DNA of 63,898 nt, filler included, from Chrysochromulina tobinii (taxonomy: Eukaryota), in the NCBI GenBank assembly GCA_001275005.1. It is 5 parts of 5 records of this genome, joined end to end, with 100 filler letters (N's around TTAATTAATTAA, not from the genome) between each part and the next. Parts side by side here need not be neighbours in the genome. Positions count along the whole stretch, not along the records: positions 16,345 to 34,631 come from JWZX01000969.1; positions 34,732 to 58,704 come from JWZX01000970.1; 3 more parts are not named here. One strand, given 5' to 3'. Made by a program: the position numbers and the translations under genes. The notes under the pieces are model-generated. The model did not search any database, was not told the DNA's origin, and worked only from the letters and a program-made list of their open reading frames with translations. Position 1 is the first letter of the stretch; each line of letters begins with the position of its first letter. This document shows positions 33,001-43,100 of this stretch, piece by piece.

Positions 33001-34227
33001 GGCGACGCGTGCCTCGTCTCGCCTTTTCGTGGCGTCGTCGCGCAATGGCTCGTCATCGTTGGCCTCGCGCACGCGATGCTGCTCCTTGCAGAGCTCCGCG
33101 CGGGCGTTGGCCATCTTGTCCAATTCCATCTTCCAGAGCCTCAACTTGGCCTCCGCCCTCTCGTCCGCTTCCCTCTCGGCCTCGGCCACGAGCTCTGCCT
33201 TTTTTTTCGCCTCCTCTGCCTGCTTCAACTCGGCGGCCACCCTCTCCGCCTCCTCGGCCTCGAGCATTGCTTTCTTGTTCGCCTCCTCGGCCGCCGCCCT
33301 CTCGGCCGCCGCTTTCTCAGCCGCCGCCCTTTTGGCCGCCGCCTTCTCGGCCGCCGCCTTCTCGGCCGCCGCCCTCGCGGCCGCCGCCCTCTCGGCCGCC
33401 GCCCTTTTGGCCGCCACCCTCTCGGCCACCGTTCTTTCGGCCGCCGCCTCCTTGGCCGTCGCCACATGCGGCATCTCAAAGCCCTCCCTCGCCGTCGCCG
33501 TCATCGACGAGCGGAGCTTATCTTTACGATGGCGACGAAAGAGCATGAAGACGAGGGGGGCAAGGGCGATCGTAACGCCGATTGAAGCGCCAACGATGAG
33601 CCCAGTTATGCTTCTCGTCTCGAGTTCCGGCGGAAGCGACGGCGGGGCCGGCGGAAGCGAGGGTGGCGAGGGTGGCGATGATGGTGGCGGAAGCGAGGGT
33701 GGCGAGGGTGGCGATGATGGCGGCGGAAGCGATGGTGGTGATGGTGGCGGCGGCGGCGATGGTGGTGATGGCGGCGGCGGTGGCGATGGTGGGGGGGCGC
33801 GGTTTGAAACTCGACGGCGGCGCGGCTCGCCGCAGCAGGCGGTGGCGGCGGCAGCGGCGGCGGCAGCGGCAGCGGCAGCGGCGCCGACGCCGGCGGAGCA
33901 ATCGTTGCAGTCGGTGCCCCTACCGCAAAAACTATATTCGGCTCCTGGCCCGCCGTCTTCGCAAACGCCATTTCCTGAAACGGAGCACGTATTGGTGCAG
34001 ACGTCCCGAGGGGGGCATGTGCCGCATGAGAGCGGGCAGTTGGCCCACGCCTCGGAATAACCGCAGCACTCGCTCGGGTCTGTTTTGCAAAAGCTGCACG
34101 GCACCGATCCAACAGCAGTGCCATCAGTCCAGAACAAGCCGCTCTTCACTCCATCCAAGCAGGTTTGTCCCACCGTGCCGCGCAGCTGGAGGAGGATCAG
34201 CAAGGCCCCACAGGATTTGGCCAACAT
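30043..34227 (-). CDS. Receptor-like protein: signal peptide, Cys-rich ectodomain, Pro linker, TM, coiled coil, Ser/Thr kinase, coiled coil, PARP catalytic domain; exons 34227-32296 and 32214-30043 (~1367 aa)
   Basis: [13 protein letters not shown] motif; [28 protein letters not shown]; kinase [66 protein letters not shown]. The 81-nt intron preserves frame. Confidence 0.85.
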
Positions 34228-34731
34228 GTTTTCTGCACACAAAAACATATTCGGGTTTCGGATGTACCGGGTACCAGTAACGAGTCTTACTCCGGAAAAA
34301 AGACCCCGAAGGGAGCCCGGGACACTCACGGGACACACACGGGACACGAGGGCGCACAAGGGCACACGGATACCGGGTTATTTGATCAACATTCTTTGTG
34401 TTTCTTTTATTTCTTGGGTCGCAGGGTCGCGCTGGCGAGACTTCTGAGACGGCCGCGGATTCGGTCGTCGCGCTGTCGCGCCATGCGTGTGTGTTGCCGA
34501 ACCCAAGTACAATGAACATCCGTGTTGGATCGCCGGGCCCCGTCTACTGCCGCTTGACCCCAACAGTTAAGCGGCCGTGAACTCAACGTGTGATGAGACT
34601 GTTGGCAGAGCTACCACAGGGGCCCAACCAGNNNNNNNNNNNNNNNNNNNNNNNNNNNNNNNNNNNNNNNNNNNNTTAATTAATTAANNNNNNNNNNNNN
34701 NNNNNNNNNNNNNNNNNNNNNNNNNNNNNNN

Positions 34732-34741
34732 GGCGGCGACG

Positions 34742-34773
<32 letters not shown>

Positions 34774-36658
34774 TACTGGCGCGATGGACTCGACGGCGTG
34801 GCACCGATCGAGGTCATGAGCACCGAGGATCGCGAGCAGCTCCGACGTTTCCGGTCCCTCGTAGCATCGGAGGCGCACCGTACCACCGCAGACGGCCGGC
34901 CGCCGTTCACGCTGCCGTTGGCCGAATGCTCCCGCGACGAGTCCGCACGTCGCCTCGACGCCATCTCCATGGCCACCTGGCTTGATCGGCATGGACTCCA
35001 TTCGGAGCCGCTGCGTTGGTTCGTCGAGTACGCGACGCGGGATGACTATGGAGCCAGCCTGAACGCGACATCGGCATGGGCGGCGCTGCACTACTTCGCA
35101 TCGCGTGACTCTGAGGAGCGCTTCGAATTCCCAGAGGGCAACGGCCAGATTGTATACCGGCTGCTGCAGGAATTGAGCGCCGAGGAGCAGCGGCCGCAAT
35201 TCCCCACAAGCAGCAGCGGCGCCGGCTCCAGCAGCAGCGGCGCCGGCGAGGTAGAAGGTTGGCTGCGCACTGGTACACTGGTCTACACCATCGAGCCCAC
35301 AGCCCCTGCGCGCGCATGCAAGTGCTCATCACGGCGCTCATCTCTCCCTAATTAGGTGCCCTGGTCTACTCCATCGAGCCCACAGCCGGCGGCGCCGTCG
35401 CGGGCGTCCTCGTGCGTTACGCGCAGCAGCCGAAGCCGCGCCCGGCGCCCGACACAGCGCGCCCGACAGAGCGCGCGACCGGGGACCTCCGCAGCGAAGC
35501 TCTGGTGCGGACGCTGCACGCACGCCGGGTGATCTACGCAGCCCCGCTCTTCACCGCCGCGCACATCATCCGAGGCTGGCATGCGACGTGGCTTCGAGAG
35601 TTCACGTAAGCGCCGTCGTAGGCGCCTGTGGCCCGTGGGCCCACCTGCGGCCTGTGGCCTGTTGCCTGTTGCCTGTGGCCTGTGGCCTGTGGCCTGTGGC
35701 CTGTGGCCCGTTGCCACGCCCACCTGCGCGCGCATGCTTTGCTGACCCGCCTGTCAGCACTGGCACTCCCCCTATTTTCGTCGCCACTCGCCACTTTCCC
35801 TATTCAGGTATGCGCCGTGGGTCGTGGCCAACATCCACCTGCGCGCGCCACCCGCCGACGGGCCCGCGCGCTGTGACAATGTCATCTATCGAGCGCCGGG
35901 CTTGGGGTATACACTCTCCATCCACCCGCCCTCAAGCTGGCTCACCGCCGCCGCTAGGGTGAGGAGCAGGCTGGGTGGCGGAGGCACTCGTAGCACGACC
36001 AGCAGCAGGGGCAGTGGGGGCGGCGGCGGCGCGGTGCTCACCTATTACAAGGCGCTCGCGTCGGAACCGCCCGAGACGGCGCGTGTGCGCATGGCGGCTC
36101 GCTCGTGGGAGCAATGGCGGGATGAGGTGCTCGACTTATGATCACACCTGGTTGTCATTCACACCTGGTTGTCATTGATTGCGCTCGATTGAGGGATGAG
36201 GTGCTCGACTTATGATCACACCTGGTTCTCATTGATTGCGCTCGATTGAGCTTGATTGAGCTTGATTGAGCACATGCTTGCCTCCCTCCTCAGGTGCTCG
36301 ATGAGCTTGATTGAGCTTGATTGAGCACATGATTGCCTCCCTCCTCAGGTGCTCGATGAGCTTGATTGAGCTTGATTGAGCACATGCTTGCCTCCCTCCT
36401 CAGGTGCTCGATGAGCTTGAGATCGCGCACCCGGGACTGCGCGCGCTCGCCACACAGCTGGACGTGCGGCTGCTGGGCCATGCGATGACCCGACCGACCC
36501 CCGGCCTCGTGCATGGCGTGGCGCGCGCAGCGGCGAGCGGCGAGCGGCCGCACGGCGTCGTCCACTTTGCCCACTCCGACCTGAGCGCGCTGCCGCTGTT
36601 TGAGGAGGCCGTCTATTGGGGGCAGCGCGTGGCTGTGGAGGTGGCGTTGGCACTCTGA
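34732..36658 (+). CDS. FAD-dependent (amine-oxidase-like) oxidoreductase of bacterial type, 5' truncated by gap; introns 35273-35355, 35606-35807, 36127-36403
   Basis: YATRDDYG..SAWAALHYFASR, FPEGNG, TYAPWVVANIHL, LTYY, GHAMTRPTPG, HFAHSDLSALPLFEEA; all three splices restore the frame. Confidence 0.8.
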
Positions 36659-37092
36659 GCCGCGAGGTGGCCACGCGCTCAAGTCCACGCTCAAGTCGTA
36701 CTTCATTTAATAATGTTCATCAATTAAATCAGAAAAATGCTACACCTACGGTAGAGGTTCTTCGTAAACGTCCCCTTTTCATGTTTGGTCAGTGTCGTGT
36801 GGTCTGCCGGGACGTCCCGCTCGCCCGGCCTCCCCTCGGACGAGAGCGAGAATCCGAGCACTGACGTGTCAGGCTCGTGGCGTGCGGCGAAAACTTCATC
36901 CTATCGCTTCCAAATCGAGCTCTGGGATGAAGATTAAGTTTCTGCAATTCTCCAAATACCGTCTAAATCGTCCAAATTTGTTTATTCATTATTAACGACG
37001 AAACAAGAAGCAATCAGAAGGTGCGAGCGCCGCCTCCTGTGGGGTTCGAGAGAGATCGCGTAACAGGGACAAGATCTCATCAACCCTTGTGC

Positions 37093-39282
37093 ATGACGCT
37101 CTGCGCAAGGCCGAGGATGCCATCCTCGAGCTGGGCTCTGTCGTGGCTCGTAATGGCGTACGTCGTGATGGCCCACGCCGCTGCGCAAGCGGTCGCGCTT
37201 CTTGCGCTCGATCTAGTTGCACTGCTCGCGGCTCACTCACTTGGTGCTTGGGCACTGAGATGCCGCGCGTTGCCCTGGCTGCAAGTATTGGCAATCGTGA
37301 TCGCTCCTGTCACCATGAGTGGCGAATCGAGACTCCTCTGCGCGACTGCGTCCTCTGCTCTACTGCTTCATCACAGCATCCAGAGACTCGGCAATCAGAG
37401 ACATTGCACATCCGACACGATTGCATTCGTAATCCTCCAGCTTGTTCTGTGCCCTTCGACGTGCTTTGCAGAATCAAGCTCCTCCTCCTCTGCCAGTGTG
37501 TTCTTCCAGAGGCCTTCCGGGTTTCATTGGGTGCTGTGCTGCGCGGTTGTGCTTTTCGGAGCAGCTCTTGGCCGTGTCATCCTTGAATTGATGGCCTCGG
37601 AGTGCACCTCAGCGGAGAAGGTCGTCAGCTTGCCAGCTGCGCCGGCTATGCCATCTGTGCAAGCTGTTGTGCGGCCAGCTCTGCCAGCTCTCCTATCTGC
37701 ATCAGCTCCCGCACCTGCTGCGCCTCACGCAGCCGCAGCCCTGGCGTCGGGGCCAGCTTCTTCTCTAGGGACAGGTCTCATCGATTGGGACCAGATCGAG
37801 GTCCTCCACCAAATCGGCAGAGGAGCGTACGGCTCGGTCTTCGCCGTCCGTTACTTTGGCTCGATGGCCTCTCTCAAGCTTGTGCACCGGAGCCAGACGA
37901 GCCAGCAGTGCCTGAGGCGCGAGACGGAGCTGATGCTGACGCTCCGCCACCCGCACGTGTGCTCGACGCTCGGGTTCGTGAGCGACGGCCTCGAGCGCCA
38001 CGGGCTGCTCATGGAGCTGATGGCGAAATCGCTCGAGCAGCTTCTCAAGGATGATCACAAGCGGCAGGGTGGCGGCAAGCTCACTCACGTTCACGGAGCT
38101 AATGACGAGCCCAGCAAAGATCTGCTGTGCTGGGCCACACCGTTGCTTCGCATCGCCTTGCAGGTCGCCCAAGGAATGTCCTATCTGCATGGTCGACACG
38201 TCATCCACGGCGACCTCAAGGCGGCGAACGTGATGCTCGGTCCAGAGCCGCTCCTGCAAGTCAAGCTAGTCGACTTTGGCGAGGCGCGCCGTCTTGAGCA
38301 GAGTCCGAGCGGCACGTTCATGGGGCGTGAACTGTCCGAGCGAGCTGATGTGTGGTCCTTCGGCGGTCTGCTGGTGCACCTTGAGAGACGCCAGCCGCCG
38401 TTCAACCCGGCGCCGCCCTTGCCGTGGCTGACGAGCATGGAGCGTGGCGAGATAGAGACGAGCTGGCCGCCTGCTCTAGGTACGCTGGCGCTTCGATGCT
38501 CGATGCTCGGTGCGGATTGTAAAGGCGTGCAAGTGAGCTTTGCCGAGTGCGTCGCATCCTTAAGGGCTGTCGCGAGTAGCCTCGGTGTGGCCACGCCCTT
38601 TATGGAAAGCAGCACCGACTGGCCGCGCGCAATCTCTCCAATCCAGCTCTCACGCCAGCTCTCGCCTTGGGCTTTCTCCCCACGATCTCAAACGTCAGTC
38701 TCCCTCTGGTCAGCGAGTAGCCGAGAAGACTCTCAACTAGACTCTCCCTCTGGCCAGAGCGATAGTGCACTTACCGGTAGCACGGCACCGGGTAGCACGT
38801 GCACCGCAACCTCCAGGGGGCTAGCTCGCTCAGGGATTTCAGAGACCAGCCTGCTCAACATGAGCGCAAGCCCAATCCCCGAATGGTGCTCAGGCCGAGG
38901 TGCTGCTGCCGAGGCCATCCCGGGTGCCGCTGCCGCTCACAAAGCTAGCGTCACTGCTGGCCGGTTTGCGAGTTGCGGCTCGTCGGATTCGCTCGCGCAA
39001 GATGCTGCGGATCTGACGCATCATTCAACTTCCGGTATGCTGATCAGCAGCACACCGCCCACACCCACGCCCAGCGATGCGCGGCTATCGATGCAATCCA
39101 CGGAGGAGGCAATGTTGGCGCGGCCTATGCATCCTCTACTCCAAAGTCGGCCTCAGGTGAGCCTGTCTCTCCGGAAACGAAGGAGCTCAGCTGAGTGGAA
39201 CTCGCCGCTACTCCGCACAACTTTGGGGTCGCGGCGCCTCAGCAGGGATGACGCACCAGATCTCCAGATCGTCTTTGGCTGA
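37093..39282 (+). CDS. TKL-type protein kinase with N-terminal hydrophobic/TM region; activation segment atypical
   Basis: IGRGAYGSV, LRHPHV, IHGDLKAANV, VDFG, ADVWSFG; no APE motif. Confidence 0.75.
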   Translation: MTLCARPRMPSSSWALSWLVMAYVVMAHAAAQAVALLALDLVALLAAHSLGAWALRCRALPWLQVLAIVIAPVTMSGESRLLCATASSALLLHHSIQRLGNQRHCTSDTIAFVILQLVLCPSTCFAESSSSSSASVFFQRPSGFHWVLCCAVVLFGAALGRVILELMASECTSAEKVVSLPAAPAMPSVQAVVRPALPALLSASAPAPAAPHAAAALASGPASSLGTGLIDWDQIEVLHQIGRGAYGSVFAVRYFGSMASLKLVHRSQTSQQCLRRETELMLTLRHPHVCSTLGFVSDGLERHGLLMELMAKSLEQLLKDDHKRQGGGKLTHVHGANDEPSKDLLCWATPLLRIALQVAQGMSYLHGRHVIHGDLKAANVMLGPEPLLQVKLVDFGEARRLEQSPSGTFMGRELSERADVWSFGGLLVHLERRQPPFNPAPPLPWLTSMERGEIETSWPPALGTLALRCSMLGADCKGVQVSFAECVASLRAVASSLGVATPFMESSTDWPRAISPIQLSRQLSPWAFSPRSQTSVSLWSASSREDSQLDSPSGQSDSALTGSTAPGSTCTATSRGLARSGISETSLLNMSASPIPEWCSGRGAAAEAIPGAAAAHKASVTAGRFASCGSSDSLAQDAADLTHHSTSGMLISSTPPTPTPSDARLSMQSTEEAMLARPMHPLLQSRPQVSLSLRKRRSSAEWNSPLLRTTLGSRRLSRDDAPDLQIVFG

Positions 39283-40162
39283 TTGTCCATGGGAATGGCA
39301 GTCCACTTCGGATAGATGTACAATTATCGAAATGGCGTTACGTACTACGTACTATGATACAATGTTATTTCCCGCAGGTGTAGTTGAGAAGGGGAACGTA
39401 CGTACAGATTCGACAAATGTGCCATTGGAATGAAAGAATGGGATGACATGAACATGGTCTTAACTTCCGAGAGTTATGCGTTCAAGACATCTGAAATTTC
39501 GGAGGCATCTCGTGGTCGCGGATTCTTGGTTAGCGTGTCTCGATCAATCGATTCGCCTTTTCGAGCGAGTGGCAAAGGTACACAGTAATGATACATGGTA
39601 CAATGGGCATGGTCACATCTAATGCACACTTTCTACTATCTGGAATGGCGTTCTATTCCGGGCAGCCGCGAGCCGAGTAAAGCCGTATAGCCGTATAGCA
39701 AGGGGTGGGCATGTGCCCCCATGAACGCTTGCTTCATTATTGCGGTGTGGCGTGCGCGTCCGGCGTGCGCGTCCGGCGTGCACGTCACCTTTGCCACGTG
39801 TTGTGAGATGTCACGCATCGGCATGCACATCGCACTGTGTGTGCACGTGACCGGACACGCCGCTGGCGCCGCACTGACACGCACTGTGCAGGGAGTGCAG
39901 TACATACTATTCATCTGGTGACTGGTCGTCAATTAGAAGTATATACACTATACTGTTCGCTGTACCCTAAATAATTATGCGTCCAGAAATCGCAATACGT
40001 CCAATGGAAACTTCCGCTAACGCTTAATATGTCTATATGATATAAAGAAACTCCGGTTCTCCGCGCGGGGGCGCGGCCCACCTCCTCTGGCGTGGTCTAT
40101 CTGGGATTGGCTCTGCGAAGTGCTCTGCACTTGGCTCTTTTCGCTGGACTGGACGCTGAGGC

Positions 40163-43100
40163 TTATTCCTCTTCCTCCTCGACGATGTCGTCCCCGTCGT
40201 CCTCCTCCTCGGGCATCGACTCAATCTTAGGGCCGATTGAGTCCTGTACCTTTGTCATGACTGTCCCTGTCATGATCTGTCCTTCGGCGTTCAACTTAAA
40301 GTTTCGCTGGCTCGTGAGGGTCGGTTTACGTTGTGTAAAGGATCCTTCGGAGACCTTGTGGTCCGCCTCTGCCGCCTCCGGCACCTCCTCCTCCTCGGAC
40401 TCCTCCTCCTCCACGTCGCCATGTTCGAGCAAATACTCGATGATGGCCTGATTACCCCGTGATCGCGCCGCCTCGAGCGCGGTGGCGCCCCGCGCGTTGC
40501 AGACTTTGACGCTGGCACCCTTTTCAAGGAACCACTTGACCCCGGGCATGTCGCCCTGCTCGCACGCGGCCACCAGCTGCAGGCTCGCGCGGTGCCTTGC
40601 GGCCACGGCCTCTTCGGCAGCCTTGACCTCATCCTGCTGCCGACGCACCTCGCCATCGAGCGCAAATTGGTCCGCGGGCAGCCCATGCCACGTCAGCAGG
40701 TCCTGCAGCTCGCCGATAGACGCCTCCGCCCGCGCCAGCCCCGTGGCCAGCTCAGCGACCCAATCTCTAGAGAGGGGCATCCTGTCGAGTGTGGCCCTCT
40801 CGGGCGACGCCTGTCGCGACGACTGTCGCGATGCCTGCTGCAGATCCGCGGCAAGCGCAGCTTCATCCGTCGGAGGCGCTTGCCAGTTGCGCATGGCGCG
40901 CTCGTCATGGGGAGTACGAGGGGGCGAGCCCACCCCCAGGCCAAGCTGCCCAAACGGGCCCAACTCCATCTCGCGCCCTAACGCGTCGCCGAGCGCCGCC
41001 GCACCGCCGCCGCCTTCAAAAGGCGGTGCCACGAGCATCGGCGGAAACGGCGAGTGAGGCGTGTTGCCGCGAGATGGTGGCGAGAGGGCGTGGCGTGGCG
41101 AGCGAGGCGTGGCGCGGCGTGGCGTCGGCGCGAGCTCAGGGAGGTGCTCTTCGAAGGTCTGCAGTAGTTGCGGATCCTTGCCGACGGAGTCACGGAAGCA
41201 TTTGAGGGCCCGGAGGCGAGCCTGCACGCTCGCAAGAGCCAGCTGGCTCGTCTGCTTGGTGAGCATCTCATCGCGAAGCGCTATGCGCATCTGACGCTGC
41301 CACGCGGAGGCGCGTGTGCGTGGTGAGGACCAGCCCTTCGGCTCGTGCTCGCTCACCTTCGTGTTCATGCGCACGTGAGCGTGATGGTCTCGCTGCGAAC
41401 CCATGCGCATCAGATGCGCCACGGAGCCAGGCCCATCCCCCTCTGCCGCGAGCGAGCCACCCCAACGATCATCGACGGATGGCTTCACGCCGCCGCCGCC
41501 GCTGGCGTTCACACCGCCGCCGCCGTTGGCGCGTCGGCCTGGGGAAGCACCTCCCCCCCCCGCTTCTCCCTCGGCCGGAAGAGTCAGAGCGCCGAGGCCG
41601 CCGCGTTTCAGACTGCGGGTCGAGTCCGTGCTGAGCGTCGGTCGACCGAGCGGCGCCGTGGCGCTCGCCCCTGTGGGGATCCGTGGCAGGTCGTTCACAC
41701 GCCCTTCACACCGCCCGATCGCCCCTGTGGGGATCCGTGGCAGGTCGAGGCTAGGCGGAGGGCGAGCCGACGAGCGTGGGGTCTGGACGTGCAGACCCTC
41801 ACGCACGCCCCGCAAGCCACGCGCCGTGTCCGGGGGTGAGCCGGCGGTGTCCGAGTGCCCATCACGGCGCCCTCCAGGCCAGCCGCCTGCCGATGGTGTG
41901 TCCATCGTCTCGCCCACCCCGGCGCGTGGCGTGGCACGTGTCGTGGCGGTGGAGGCTGCAGCGGCGGTGTCAGCGTCGTCACGTGTGAAGGGCGGCGGGC
42001 GCACGTCACGCGGCACGTTCGAGGGCGGGCGCCGCGCCTTCGGGGAGTGGTTTGCCTCAGCTCGCACGTCGGCCCGCCGCTCGCGCTTGAAGCCGCCGAT
42101 GCTCCGCGGGGAGGGGAAGCCGCCGATAAGTCGAGACGAGGGAGGGGGCGAGGGCAAGCACGCAGCGCCGTGATGGGCGCTCGCTACGGCGCCCGCCCTC
42201 GGCACGTCACTGGGCACGTCGACAAAGACGACTGGCGTCTTTGGGCGGAAGCTCTCCTCTGCAGCGCCGTCTCGGGCAGCGCCGTCTTGGGCAGCGCCGT
42301 CTCGGGCAGGCGTCTTCGGGCGGAAGCTCTCCTCTGCAGCGCCGTCTCGGCCGCCGTGGCCACTGTGGGCAGACGGGGGTAGGGGGGTGCGAGGGGTGCG
42401 AGGGGTGCGAGGGGTGCGCGGCGCCGTTGCAGGCTCGGCCATGCCGTCGAAGACGAGGGCGCTGAGGTGGGCGTCGTGGTGGGCGCTGTGGTGGGCGCCA
42501 TGGGCGCTGTGGTGGGCGGCCATGCCGTCGGAGTAGACGAGGGCGCTGAGGGTGGTGATCCCGTCAGGGCTGAACCCCGGAACGTAGCGCTCAAACGAGT
42601 ACGGGGGGAAGCGCTGGGACGGGTCGACGGACGTGGGGGGGCGGCGACTCCGCGCCGTGGCGGGCGGCGGATGCACTCTCGCCCCTTGGACTCTCGAGCT
42701 GGTCGAGCGCCGAGTTGGGCACGCTCGCTCGCGTCGCCTTGAGAGCATGCTGATGCTTCTCCTCGGCGGGGGGCGATCCATATATGGGAGTCTTGGGCAT
42801 CTGGGTCGCTTGAGGGGAGCGCGCGCGCTTCGCCGCGAGGCTCCGGCGCGGCGACAGCATCTTGACGAGATGGGGCGATAGCGCGCTGTGATGGGCGACC
42901 GGCCCGAGGCGCGCTCGATGCTCTCGGTACTTATCATAAGTCTCCTGCACCTCGTTCACCAGCTCGAACATCCTGAACGCATTGTCAGGCGAGATGGCCC
43001 CCGCGCCGGCGCCCGCCTTACCGTCGGCCGAGGCGCTCGCTGGAAGCGCACGCGCGGCGGCCGCCTGCAGGCGCTTGCGCAGCCGACGTAGCGCGACCAC

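Noticed and set aside
33240..33800. AAAEK and SPPP repeats and the long antisense ORFs over them
   Set aside because: Ordinary low-complexity linkers; antisense ORFs follow from GC-rich codon bias.
39745..39865. Imperfect inverted repeat in an intergenic region as an ncRNA
   Set aside because: Weak pairing, GC-rich background, no recognisable RNA family.
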